A stretch of DNA of 64,000 bases from Isurus oxyrinchus (Eukaryota). Made by a program: the position numbers and the translations under genes. The DNA lies in assembly GCA_026770705.1 (NCBI GenBank), contig JANJGN010000042.1, positions 1,426,001 through 1,490,000 of the forward strand, in the 5' to 3' direction. This document shows positions 24,390-36,069 of this stretch, piece by piece. The notes under the pieces are model-generated. The model saw only the letters and a list, made by a program, of their open reading frames with translations. It did not search any database and had not been told where the DNA came from. Within the stretch, counting starts at the first letter, position 1; each line of letters begins with the position of its first letter.

Positions 24390-26480
24390 GACAGAGGGAG
24401 AGAGAGAGAGTTCAATAAGTTTCAGTGAGTTAGACTCTGTCTCAGGGAGAGAGATGACAGACATTAAGTAAGTGTGCTGACAAACATGCACATCTTAGCA
24501 AAGAAATGGTCAGTATCACATGAAATTCTAAACAAGAGCACAACAGAATGTATTACAAATAAAAATTTACGATATTAGGCGATCTGTAGTTACAGGTTGA
24601 ATAAGAGAAAATAAAAAAAGCTGAAACATTCTGGTGAAGATAAATCTTTTATCTTTGCAGAATGATATAGCATGATTTCATTTAACACAGGCACACACAA
24701 AAGGTGATGTCTCATATGTAATTCTGTTGGCTGTAATGCAAATTAATATGAGGAGCTGCTTGAAACAACCAGTCAATGGGAAACCTCTAGTTTTAGGCCA
24801 AAGTGAGAGGCCCATTTCTAACTCAACATCCACTTTATAGAGACATAGACAAGTGAATTAACAACAGAGACAGAGGTTGGTGTGGTAATTACTGAGACAG
24901 GGCCTAGTGCAATTTAAGCAAAGACATTACAGGTGCAGAAATAATCGAGACAGCATCTAATGTTACTTAAGCAAAGATGTGACTGAGTGCACGAATAACA
25001 GGGATGGGGACAAGAGCTATATTAACATGGACAGGGTCTACTGCTATAATAGCGGAGACGGGATTACAGGGCCTGGATCAATATCAAGTGAAATAGGGCA
25101 GTTATTACAGGCACAGGGCCTAGAGTAATTGCTTCCTAGAGAGAGTCTAAGTCGTAATAATGGAGACTGCTGCCAGTGTAAGAGAGACAGGTATGATGTC
25201 GTGGAGTAAAATCAGGGAAAGGGAGAGTGGAATAGAAGCAGAGACAGAGGTACAAAGACAAAGCCTCTGCAAAGACAGGATTCATTTTAATTGAAAAGAC
25301 AGACAAGGTCGTGTGTGATACAGGCTGATACAGAATCTAGTGTAACTTGTTCTGAAATGGTCTAGTGGAATATAAATGCAGACATGATTGAGTGTGTTAT
25401 AAGCAGGGCCGCGATTAGTGGAACATAAGTGAGGCAGTGCAGTGTGTAATAATAATTGAGACAGGATCTTGTGTAATACGAACGTGCCTATTGTAGCAAT
25501 AACACAGACGGGATCCAGTATAAGAAAACTGATACACGGTCTAGTGGAGCTTCACATAATCCAGCGCTCTTTGTAATATAATCTGACACAGTGTCTGGTG
25601 AATTAAATACCTGCAAAGGTACGAGATTAATAAAAACGGGGACATGCACTAGTACAGCAATAAGAGAGTAATGGTATAGGACAATAACAACAGAAACAGG
25701 GAATTGTGTGATATGAATGGAGGAATGTATTGGTGCAGCATTACCTGAGACAGGGTCCAGTTTGACAGACAGGTGGCAGATTCTACTGGAGTAATAGCTG
25801 AGACAGAGTCTTGCTAAATGCAAGTAAAAACATGTTCCAATTTTCTATAACCAGAGACAAGCTCTAGTGCAGTGACAACTGGGGCATGGCTTATTGTAAC
25901 TTCAACCGAGACCTGCTTCAGTGCAGTCATGACTGAGATAGTGCCAACTGTATTGTGGCCCTAGCCCAGTACATAAACAACTGAGACTGAGCCAATTACA
26001 GAAACAACTGATAGATGACCTTCTCTAATATGATTAGAGACATGTCCTAGTGTAATAGAAATAGAAACGGCGTCTAATTTAATATGAACAGAGACAGTGC
26101 CAAATGCAGTAATAATTGAGACAGCGCCTGCTTCATGTGATGTGAGCAATCACAGCTACACTGCCATCCACTGGTCAATCTTTGCTATTACAGGTGTTGC
26201 GAAAATGTCGATTACATCTACTGTTTCTGAGATCAATGGTTAAAATCCGAAAAAATGGAAAACGTAGTCGAAAGGATTTGAACCTGCGCGGGGTAACCCC
26301 AATGGATTTCAAATCCATCACCTTAACCACTCGGCCACGACTACAGACCTGGAGAGTAAAACATATATATTTCATATATGAAATCATAGAATAGTTACAG
26401 CAGAGAAAAAGCGTCTTCTTCCCACCCTGTCACTGCAACAACCCAGCCTTTTCCCCATAACCCTGCAATTCATACTGTCC
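24390..26480. repeat. Segmental duplication copy A (paralogue ~45580-47560), containing a degenerate ~27-bp GAGACAG..TCTAGTGCAGTAATAA satellite and tRNA-Ser
   Basis: Colinear high similarity between the two blocks over ~2 kb. Confidence 0.9.
26263..26344 (-). tRNA. tRNA-Ser(TGA); T-stem mismatches, possibly a pseudogene
   Basis: GTAGTCGTGGCCGAGTGGTTAAGG..TTGAAA..GGTTCAAATCCTTTCGACTACG, followed by TTTT. Confidence 0.8.
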
Positions 26481-27123
26481 CTCCTCGTTCTCCCTCCCAA
26501 ACTGAGAATGAAAGAGAGAGAATGAGAGAGGAAGAGAAGTGACGGGTTTTGTAGATCCCAGGGAGAAGAGACTCCGGGAACAGTTCATTGTGACAGTTCA
26601 GACAGCAACAAGAAAACAACATTCCCTGAGGAGGGCCAGGAGTGGGAGCGTGTTTAGTTCAAACACAGAAGACCTGTTCAGCCAATAACAGGATCGGATC
26701 TGTTAGACATATACATGAAGTGAACAGTGAGGTGAAATAGTGCCACAAGCTGCGGATGTGCAACTTTCAATTTCCAAGACGCACCATCCTCATCAATGCA
26801 CCTCCTCTGAAACTTTCAAGGTCAATGTTGATCCTTTATAAGGTGCCGTTCCCAGAACGAGACACAGTCCTCCAGGTGTGACCTAACCAGGGCTTTGTAT
26901 AGCTGCAGCAAACCTTTCCCTCTTTCCTATAACAGCCTCTGTAACGGGTTGTATAGACAGAGGGATTAGATTGTATCGATCCAATAAGAAAAATAAGGAG
27001 ATGCTTCATCAAACTAAAATTCCTTTTGAAATTCCATTTGAAATGAACTTAATTTTTTCGAAACAAAAACAGAATTACCTGGAAAAACTCAGCAGGTCTG
27101 GCAGCATCGGCGGAGAAGAAAAG

Positions 27124-27162
27124 AGTTGACGTTTCGAGTCCTCATGACCCTTCGACAGAACT
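27124..27162 (-). ncRNA. Minimal hammerhead-ribozyme-like motif in the Penelope pLTR (variant core CUGUCGA)
   Basis: AGUU-CUGUCGA-A-GGGUC-AUGAG-GACUC-GAAAC-GUC-AACU; stems I and II pair. Confidence 0.65.
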
Positions 27163-27405
27163 TGAGTTCGAGTCCAAGAAAAGGTTGAAATATAAGCTGG
27201 TTTAAGGTGTGTGTGTGGGGGGCGGAGAGATAGAGAGAGAGAGAGGTGGTTGTGTAGACAAACAAGCAGTGATAGAAGCAGATCATCAAAAGATGTCAAC
27301 GACAATGGTACAATAGAACACATCGGTGTTAAAGTTAAAGTTGGTGATATTATCTAAACGAATGTGCTAAGTAAGAATGGATGGTAGGGCACTCAAGGTA
27401 CAGCT

Positions 27406-29463
27406 CTAATGGGGGTGGGGAGAGCATAAAAGATTTAAAAATAATGGAAATAGGTGGGAAAAGAAAAATCTATATAATTTATTGGAAAAAAAAGGGGGAA
27501 ACATAAATGGGGTGGGGATGGGGGAGGGAGCTCTCGACCTAAAGTTGTTGAATTCAATATTCAGTCCGGAAGGCTGTAAGGTGCCTAGTCGGAAGATGAG
27601 GTGTTGTTCCTCCAGTTTGCGTTGGGCTTCACTGGAACAATGCAGCAAGCCAAGGACAGACATGTGGGCAAGAGAGCAGGGTGGAGTGTTAAAATGGCAA
27701 GCGACAGGGAGGTTTGGGTCATTCTTGCGGACAGACCGCAGGTGTTCTGCAAAGCGGTCGCCCAGTTTACGTTTGGTCTCTCCAATGTAGAGGAGACCAC
27801 ATTGGGAGCAACGAATGCAGTAGACTAACTTGGGGGAAATGCAAGTGAAATGCTGCTTCACTTGAAAGGAGTGTTTGGGCCCTTGGACGGTGAGGAGAGA
27901 GGAAGTGAAGGGGCAGGTGTTCCAACTTTTGCGTGGGCATGGGGTGGTGCCATAGGAGGGGGTTGAGGAGTAGGGGGTGATGGAGGAGTGGACCAAGGTG
28001 TCCCGGAGGGAGAGAGCCCTACGGAATGCCGATAAGGTGGGTGAAGGGAAGATGTGTTTGGTGGTGGCATCATGCTGGAGTTGGCGGAAATGACGGAGGA
28101 TGATCCTTTGAATGCGGAGGCTGGTGGGGTGATAAGTGAGGACAAGGGGGACCCTATCATGTTTCTGGGAGGGAGGAGAAGGCGTGAGGGCGGATGCGCG
28201 GGAGATGGGCCGGACACGGTTGAGGGCCCTGTCAACGACCGTGGGTGGAAAACCTCGGTTAAGGAAGAAGGAGGACATGTCAGAGGAATCGTTTTTGAAG
28301 GTAGCATCATCGGAACAGATGCGATGAAGGCGAAGGAACTGGGAGAATGGGATGGAGTCCTTACAGGAAGCGGGGTGTGAGGAGCTGTAGTCGAGGTAGC
28401 TGTGGGAGTCGGTGGGTTTGTAATGGATATTGGTGGACAGTCTATCACCAGAGATTGAGACAGAGAGGTCAAGGAAGGGAAGGGAAGTGTCAGAGATGGA
28501 CCACGTGAAAATGATGGAGGGGTGGAGATTGGAAGCAAAATTAATACATTTTTCCACGTCCCGACGAGAGCATGAAGCGGCACCGAAGTAATCATCGATG
28601 TACCGGAGAAAAAGTTGTGGAAGGGGGCCGGAGTAGGACTGCAACAAGGAATGTTCCACATACCCCATAAAGAGACAGGCATAGCTGGGGCCCATGCGGG
28701 TACCCATAGCCACACCTTTTATTTGGAGGAAGTGAGAGGAGTTGAAGGAGAAATTGTTCAGCGTGAGAACAAGTTCAGCCAGACGGAGGAGAGTAGTGAT
28801 GGATGGGGATTGTTCGGGCCTCTGTTCGTGGAAGAAGCTAAGGGCCCTCAGACCATCCTGGTGGGGGATGGAGGTGTAGAGGGATTGGACGTTCATGGTG
28901 AAGAGGAAGCGGTTGGGGCCAGGGAACTGGAAATTGTTGATGTGACGTAAGGTGTCAGAGGAATCACGGATGTAGGTGGGAAGGGACTGGACAAGGGGAG
29001 AGAGAAGGGAGTCAAGATAACGAGAAATGAGTTCTGTGGGGCAGGAGCAAGCTGAGACGATCGGTCTACCGGGGCAGTTCTGTTTGTGGATTTTGGGTAG
29101 GAGATAGAAGCGGGCCGTCCGAGGTTGGGCGACTATCAGGTTGGAAGCTGTGGGAGGGAGATCCCCGGAGGAGATGAGGTCAGTGACGGTCCTGGAAATA
29201 ATGGCTTGATGTTCAGTGGTGGGGTCATGATCCAGGGAGAGGTGGGAGGAAGTGTTTGCGAGTTGACGCTCAGCCTCTGCGATGTAGAGGTCAGTGCGCC
29301 AGACAACAACAGCACCACCCTTGTCTGCGGGTTTGATGACAATGTCAGGGTTGGACCTGAGAGAATGGAGTGCAGTAAGTTCAGAGAGAGACAGGTTAGA
29401 ATGGGTGAGAGGAGCAGAGAAATTGAGACGACTAATGTCGTGCCGACATTTTTCTCCCTCCAC
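27406..29463 (-). CDS. Penelope RT-GIY-YIG ORF (uninterrupted, but RT motif A Asp->Asn: FTMNVQSLY)
   Basis: ORF track; KPADKGG, GRPIVS, YIDD and GIY-YIG motifs. Confidence 0.85.
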   Translation of the reverse strand: MEGEKCRHDISRLNFSAPLTHSNLSLSELTALHSLRSNPDIVIKPADKGGAVVVWRTDLYIAEAERQLANTSSHLSLDHDPTTEHQAIISRTVTDLISSGDLPPTASNLIVAQPRTARFYLLPKIHKQNCPGRPIVSACSCPTELISRYLDSLLSPLVQSLPTYIRDSSDTLRHINNFQFPGPNRFLFTMNVQSLYTSIPHQDGLRALSFFHEQRPEQSPSITTLLRLAELVLTLNNFSFNSSHFLQIKGVAMGTRMGPSYACLFMGYVEHSLLQSYSGPLPQLFLRYIDDYFGAASCSRRDVEKCINFASNLHPSIIFTWSISDTSLPFLDLSVSISGDRLSTNIHYKPTDSHSYLDYSSSHPASCKDSIPFSQFLRLHRICSDDATFKNDSSDMSSFFLNRGFPPTVVDRALNRVRPISRASALTPSPPSQKHDRVPLVLTYHPTSLRIQRIILRHFRQLQHDATTKHIFPSPTLSAFRRALSLRDTLVHSSITPYSSTPSYGTTPCPRKSWNTCPFTSSLLTVQGPKHSFQVKQHFTCISPKLVYCIRCSQCGLLYIGETKRKLGDRFAEHLRSVRKNDPNLPVACHFNTPPCSLAHMSVLGLLHCSSEAQRKLEEQHLIFRLGTLQPSGLNIEFNNFRSRAPSPIPTPFMFPPFFSNKLYRFFFSHLFPLFLNLLCSPHPH

Positions 29464-29500
29464 CTGGACCCCTCCCTCTGGATTCTTACCTTCTCTTGAT

Positions 29501-29559
29501 CTGAACCATCAACTTTTTGCTTAACAGTTGAATGCGATAAACAATTGCGCCACAGAGAC
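29501..29559 (-). pseudogene. tRNA-Asn(GTT) pseudogene truncated at the T arm by the Penelope junction
   Basis: GTCTCTGTGGCGCAATTG..CTGTTAA..GATGGTTCAG, then Penelope sequence. Confidence 0.75.
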
Positions 29560-29642
29560 AGACGCAAGGCTGATTTGCCAACTTTCCTAAACCAGGGTGT
29601 CAGTGAATTTAAGCTTCAGATTGCTGCTACCGGGATGACAAT

Positions 29643-29780
29643 CCTAGTTCTGTTGAAGGGTCATGAGGACTCGAAACATCAACTCTTTTCTTCTCCGCTG
29701 ATGCTGCCAGACCTGCTGAGTTTTTCCAGGTTATTCTGTTTTTGTTTTGGATTTCCAGCATCCGCAGTTTTTTTGTTTTT
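29643..29780 (+). mobile_element. Solo Penelope pLTR insertion with 8-bp TSD ATGACAAT
   Basis: TSD at 29635-29642 and 29781-29788; empty site visible in the paralogue at ~40440-40455. Confidence 0.85.
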
Positions 29781-30917
29781 ATGACAATTGTTCTGTTCAC
29801 TTTTACTCTTCCAAAATAAAGGGAGGGACGTTCACTGTGGATACATGGAAACAGTCTGATCCCACCCACTGCTGACACATCCATATCACCAGGAACGTGC
29901 TCTCCGACAACCGGTGCCGTCTTCTTTCCAGCCTTTCGGTGTCTTGTCTGTTACCAAGTATTCTGATTGTCCTGACGCCGCTGTTAGGTTTGAGTTCCTG
30001 ATGTACAGTAACGAGAATCATTTCAATCTCTCAGGTCAGTTAATTTCACTGATAACTTCAGAGTCAATGTTCCAGCGTCTTAAAGAAGGGAAAGGTGCCA
30101 TGAATGTCTCTGCTCAGTCGAACAGATCACCCTTCATTCTCCTCTGATTCCGGTTTCCAAAGAGTTTCTAAAGTTTCAGAAAGCTGGAGACTGGGTTTTC
30201 TGTTTTGGTTCCTTCTCCATTTTCCCAGCTGCCAACTGACAATATTTTCCAAATATTGAGGAGACAGAAAAGCCTTGAGACATAATTAGATCAGCCATGA
30301 TCTTACTGAATGGCGGAGCAGGTTCAAAGGGCTGAATGGCCTCCTCCTGATCGTCATTCGTCCCTTCCTGTGTCACAGCCCGAATCACTCCTGACTTTAG
30401 CAAACTGCCTTCGGAATTAATGATCAGTTAAATGAAATAAAAACCATTCAACTATTTCCGCGTTTCTTATTTCCGTTCCTCTGCAAACATTCACTAAATT
30501 TGCAATCTGAAATGGAACAATAATTGGCCAAGTTGGTGACATCCTTGTTTTCTGGGTGTTTGTCACTCTCGGTGTAAAGGTCTGTGTGTGTCAATGCGCT
30601 TCAGTTCCCCGAGGGGTTGAACACATTTTCACCATCACAAGCTTTATTCATATTGGTTGCGCAGTTTCATACTAAAATGTTACAGAGCCAATATCAAGAT
30701 GAAAGATTGAAGAGGGGTTTGCAATGTTTGGAAGGAGGTGCAGCTAAGAAGTGGAAGATGTGAATGATGTTATTGATGATTGAGAGGAATGTATTGCAAA
30801 CTTGGGGCTTTCGGAGGTCGATCACCTTTGAAATTCAGAACAAGCTGAGGCTTGAGGTCTATAACAGCAGTGATCTCCAAGGATGTTGGGATGTGCAATA
30901 CTTCGCTCTTCTTACAT

Positions 30918-30990
30918 GCCTGGCGAGTTCAGTCGACAGCGTCTGAGATTCTTAATGCCAGGTTGTTGGGTTTGCGACCTGTGCTCGACG
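30918..30990 (+). pseudogene. tRNA-Lys(CTT) relic
   Basis: gcctggcgagttcagtcg..tgagattcttaat..gggttt..gacg aligns with tRNA-Lys(CTT). Confidence 0.55.
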
Positions 30991-32573
30991 AAATTCCCTT
31001 TTTAAACTTTGCTGCTTCCATGGGTGATCCCCAGGTCTCGATTCCTCCGGCAGTGTCACCGCTCAAACCGAATCTTTCTCCATCCTGCTTTGTTAATATC
31101 ACAGCTTCTGGTTTCTGAGTGAAAACTGCTCTCTGCGTCATTGAAATTCAGAGTATTTAATTCTGAACATTTGGTGCTTTCACCGCTGCAGCCTAGGTTT
31201 AATTCCCGTACAGGGAAAACCTTTTCCTTTCCGTTGTGTGAACTATCACAATGAACAGGAATTCCTTATTGAATGAAACCAGGTCTGGCAGCGTCTGTGG
31301 AGTGAGAAACAGAGATAATCTTCCAGCTGGATGATCTTTCATCAGAGCTGGAAAATTCAGAGATGTGACAGCTGGAAAACAAATCCAGAGGCGGTGGGAG
31401 GGGAATGAAAGGACAAAAGGGAAGGACTGTGATAGGTTACAAGGCATGAGAGAGAAACAGACTAAAGGGATGATGGTGCAAAATGTGGGTGGGAATGGGA
31501 CAGATTTTTCTTCCTGCCATTCAAACTGGGACAAATATCACTGATCAACCAATCACAACTGCTCTTTCAAAGCAGCGCGCCGGGCCGAATGGCCTCTTTC
31601 TGTGCTGTAATTTTCTATAATTATTTCATTTCTATCCTCACTGCTGTTGCCTTCACAGTCATTCCATCATCTTACAACCCATTCCAGTAAAATCCACCTT
31701 CTTCCCTTGTGTTCAGCACCTTTAAGGTCATGGGACTGAGTAAATTCAGTGGGAAGTTTCCTTCTCATTTAGCACGAGATTTGGAAACAGGTCTGGGAAA
31801 TATTTGTGTCATTGCAAACAATACAATCTCCACTATCACCTCTACATTTTCCCATGCACCACCATTTCTATGGTCACTGCTTTTCAGCCTATCACAGCCC
31901 TTCTCTGATTCCCTACCTTCACCTCTGTGTTTGTTCCCGACCTGTTGCACAGGTGACATTTCCGGCTCTGATGCAAAACTGCAGCTCTCACTCCATTGAT
32001 TCAGGCGGAGCTGATATGCATTTTCAGTTTTCAGTCAGGAAGTAATGCACATTTATTTTAATCATTCGCATGACATTTATAAGCGCCAAATCCTAACCAC
32101 TAGACCCCAAGACTTGCAACTTCACAGCCCGGCTTATCCATGCTACCTGTGCATTTTATTTTCATTTCACATCTCTTTCACTAGAGGCACTTTTCTCCCA
32201 CAAAATGACACGTTTATGTCGAACACAAACGACTTCTTCAGCCAATAACAACAGCGATTGTTGTTAGCTGGAGCAGTATTCATTGGCTCACAGTCCCACG
32301 TTGTCATTGGGTCCTTAAGAGACTAATGAGAACAGAAATCGCCAACTGTCCTGTTACCCGGCGAGTTCCAATATTCAATTTATTGAATATTCATTTTGAA
32401 TATTCCCCACTCACCGGCTGCCAGTTGAAGGATATCCTCACTTTGCTGTGTCCACTTTGTGAAAAGACGAAGAGTAAGTGCAATCCGAATGTGAGATTCT
32501 GCATTCAGATAATATTCAACAACAAGCAGGGAACAAAGCAACTTTCCCTCTCCCCTAATTGAACAATTTTCAA

Positions 32574-32646
32574 TGTTTTTGCCCGGTTTTGAACCGGGGA
32601 CTTTTCGCGTGTAAGGCGAATGTGATAACCACTACACTACAGGAAC
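32574..32646 (-). tRNA. tRNA-Val(TAC); two acceptor-stem mismatches, probable pseudogene
   Basis: GTTCCTGTAGTGTAGTGGTTATCACATTCGCCTTACACGCGAAAAGTCCCCGGTTCAAAACCGGGCAAAAACA. Confidence 0.8.
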
Positions 32647-33312
32647 ATCACGCACCAGAGTCCAGTGCACCTGACTACAATGCAGTTCCGCAGCAGCACT
32701 TTGGGTCCATGTTTTGAAGAAATGGAATTCGACTGTTCTCATCAGGAATGCTGGAGACAGACTGATCAACAATGTCATCATCAAATGGCACAGCGTGTTG
32801 GAGAATCATTAGATCATCGCAGCTTCTTTTTTAAAGAGCAATCAATTAGTCTCAATATTCCTCTCTCTTTCCATAAGCCTCAATTTCTCTATTTCAACTA
32901 ACTGTCTAATTCACTTTTGAAGAAGGAGTTTCTGCACAATCCATGCACAGTTTCCCTAACCCAGTGACATGCAGATTTGGACTTGGGTTCCTTCCAGTCC
33001 CTCGAGGAGTTGATCCTAATTCCAGCGCTGCCACAGTTTGAGTCACATTCCCACTTTTGCACACTTTAGGAATTCCTTTTCGGAGAACAAGAGGGAGATC
33101 TAGTTTAATACAGGGCGGGTTGTGGTCCTTTATTTTGTTTGGAAAAGCACGGAGAGGCAATACAAATATAAATTGTTGTGGGGGTAAAGGCAGGTGTGTG
33201 GAATCGGTAGAGCTACTCTTCCAGAGAGCCAGCACAGACACGACGGGCCGATTGACTTATTTCGCAGTCACCTCTGATTTGATAAGGACACATTTGAGCT
33301 CGCGAGCAGCTG

Positions 33313-33393
33313 TTAGTCGAGCTGAATGTTTAAGGTGACGGATTTGAAATCCATTGGGGTCTCCCCCTGTAGGTTTGAATCCTGCTGACTACA
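33313..33393 (+). pseudogene. tRNA-Ser(TGA) pseudogene
   Basis: Degenerate copy; damaged A and B boxes (GTTTGAAT). Confidence 0.7.
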
Positions 33394-33648
33394 GTTCACA
33401 TTCTTGCTCATTTTAACCAATTGCCGCCAACCTCATCCTTGCGGCTACTGTGAAACTGACAAGGTGGCACATGGCAGAAATTCATCTCTGAAAGTAACTG
33501 ACACACATCAAATTCATGTCGCGTCTTTTAACTTCCTGTTCTCCATCTCAGACATTTTCACGTCTTTCAAATGTCACCCACCTGGGACTTAGCATCTACC
33601 TCAGTCTGTTGAATATGGTCGCTTTCCTGTGTGGTCTTGTTCGCTGGT

Positions 33649-33721
33649 GGCTCCATAGCTCAGTGGTTGGAGCACTGCTCTTATACATCAGTGGCTGTAA
33701 GTTCAACCTTCACTAGAGACT
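33649..33721 (+). pseudogene. tRNA-Thr(TGT)-derived pseudogene (anticodon now TAT)
   Basis: GGCTCCATAGCTCAGTGGTTGGAGCACTG..; 3' half degenerate. Confidence 0.65.
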
Positions 33722-33829
33722 TTCATTAACCTTTAACTGAGAATATGAAGTTATGTGGAAAGCTGAAAAACCGAATATTGATATATAAGAAGAAAATGCA
33801 AAGTACTGTGGTGAAGCATTTTGCTTTTA

Positions 33830-35100
33830 AGTTAAAGTACTGTGGATGCTGGAAATCTGAAGTACAAACTCAGCATCCGACAGCATCTGTGGAGAGAGAA
33901 ACAGAGTCAACGTCTCGAGTCTGTGTGATCTTCTTCAGAGCTAAAGAGAAGCAGAAATGTTTACTGTTTTATACTGTTTACGAGGGCGTGGGGTGGAGCA
34001 GTTGGGGAAGTCAGGAGGAATTGGCAAAGATATTATGAGCACAAGACAAAGGGAGTGCTAATGGTAGCGGTAAGGGCTAAAAATGGTGCTGATAATTGCT
34101 TAAAGTAAGAAAGCAGAATGTGTGAATAGCAGAATAAGGATCAGCACTTTGTGAAAGAACAACATAGAGCAATGACAGATGGCCCTTTAGGGGCCTCTCT
34201 CCTCACCTTCCAAGGGCCCAAACACTCCTTTCAGGTGAAGCAGCGCGTCATGTGCACCTCCGATTTGGTCCATTGCATTCACTGCTCCCAATGCGGTCTC
34301 CCCTACATTGGAGAGACCAAACGCAGACTGGCCAACCGCTTTGTGCAACATCTTCAGTCTGTCTGCAAGCATGACCCAGACCACCCTGTCATTTGCCATT
34401 TCAACACTCCACCCTGCTGTCATGTGCACATGTCTGTCCTTGGCTTGCTGCATTGTTCCAGTGAAGCTCAGCACAAACTGGAGGAACAGCACCTCATCTT
34501 CCAACTAGGCACTTTATAGTCTTCCGGATGTAACATGAAGTTCAGCAGCTTCAGATCATGAACTCTCTCCTTCATTTTCACCCTTTTTAAAATCTCCTTA
34601 TAAAAATGTATTTTATTAACTTATTTTTCATTCATTTATTCATTATTTCACCCCACCCCTTTTATTATCCCCTTTTCTATCTTTTTTCCCCAACCATCTC
34701 CCCCTCCCACATCCCACCCCCAAAAGGGCCAGCTGTTACTTGTTCCATGTTGTTTTTTTCACAGAGCGCTGAACCTTGTTCTGCTATTCACATATCCTGC
34801 TTTCTTATCTTTATGTCACTATCAGCACCTTCTTCAGCCCTTACCACTACAATTAACACTCCCTTTGTCTTGTGTCCAGCGAATATTTGTCAGTCTCTCC
34901 TTAGCCCCCACTTATCACTGACCTTCTATCCAGAATCACCTGCTCCACCTGTCCCGCCCTGCTTAAACAGGAGAATTTAAACAATTTCTACTTTTCTTCA
35001 TCTCTGAAGAAGAGTTATACAGACTCGAAACGTTAACACTGTTTCCCTCTCCACCGAGTCTGTGAGACCTGTTGAGTTTTTCCAGGATTTTATATTTTTG
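33830..35100. mobile_element. Penelope 3' fragment (GIY-YIG remnant, +) with an inverted pLTR upstream
   Basis: ORF 34151-34519 (HCSQCGLPYIGETKR); pLTRs at ~33835-33945 (-) and ~35000-35100 (+). Confidence 0.85.
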
Positions 35101-36069
35101 TAATATATAAGAAGCGACTGGACAACAAGATGTAAGACGGAGAAAAATGTTGCAAAGACTGAAGTAACTCAGTCAGTCGTAGTAATTTTTAAAAAACAAC
35201 AAAGCAGAACACGTTTGAAAAGGTGAGAAAGATGTGCTGATGTTCAAAGAGACTCGGCTGCACTTGTGCAAAGAACATGGAAAGTTACATCCGTCCCTAC
35301 AGCACAACTGATCAGCGTGTTCGACTAACTGAAAGTTTGGTGGTTCTCAGGGCCGAAGGTTCCAATGTTTTTTCCTCCCATCAACATTCATTGTCGCACA
35401 GAATTGGGTTATCAAGAAATGTTTCCACAAATGTTGCCAGTTCTACTTCTCTGCAGTGAATTTTGAACCAGAGAATCTTCCCCATGTACAGCAAATGTGA
35501 TAACATTGGACTACAAAAACTACACGCAACTCCTTGCAGAACGACTTAGAATATTAAACTTTGCTATCTTATTGCAGTTCCGAACCTTGTTTTGTGGAAG
35601 TACAATTCGATTGAGAACCTGAGCCATGCGGTAGAGAAATTGATCGAACATTAGAATCATGAGATGGCACAGCACATAAGCAATTCATTCAACACCTCAC
35701 ACATGTGCGAACAGCCTTACAGCAAATCCGTCCCCATCTTTCTCTCTTTTTGCCAAGCCACGCACTTTTCAGAATATTATTCAAAACCTGGAGAAGTATA
35801 AATGTCACTTTGTTTTGAGATGATGCATCCAGTTACTATTTAACAACAAACGGGAACGATGCAATCTTTCCTCACACTTAATTCTGTTAATGCTTCCACC
35901 CCATTTTCGCACGGGGAACCTTCTTTGGTGAGAGACCATAATCCCTGTTACTCTACACAAACTCTGCAATGTTTCGGGAAACTTTCCGTGTGTGAGAGAG
36001 TGTGATCCCTATTACCCTACATGAACCCTGCAATTTGAAGAGCCCAATTTAACACACAGAAGACAGACA

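Larger units (their letters stand above)
27061..29501 (-). mobile_element. Penelope-like retroelement, 5'-truncated, with a short 5' inverted segment
   Basis: 685-aa ORF with RT (GVAMG, YIDD) and GIY-YIG (LVYCIRC..LYIGET) domains; pLTR at the left end. Confidence 0.95.

Noticed and set aside
24736-24743. Perfect octamer ATGCAAAT downstream of TM2 as a 3' enhancer
   Set aside because: Three more perfect octamers (38138, 42398, 46975) lie in unrelated sequence; the count is about chance level for AT-rich DNA
27406-29463. Penelope ORF as an active autonomous element or domesticated gene
   Set aside because: 5'-truncated, start created by the inversion junction, RT motif A Asp->Asn, and a linker Cys->Trp compared with the 61-62 kb copy
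27482-29567. Overlapping alternative-frame and antisense ORFs in Penelope copies
   Set aside because: By-products of the C-rich strand bias of the element
29914-30147. The same ~77-codon frame (KYSDCP..LKEGKGA) is open in three paralogous blocks (also 40084-40317 and 56307-56681)
   Set aside because: Manual codon comparison of two copies shows nearly all differences are non-synonymous; no recognisable domain or splice context
33649-33721. Anticodon-switched tRNA (Thr body, TAT anticodon) as a mistranslating tRNA
   Set aside because: Anticodon, T and acceptor stems are broken; a pseudogene
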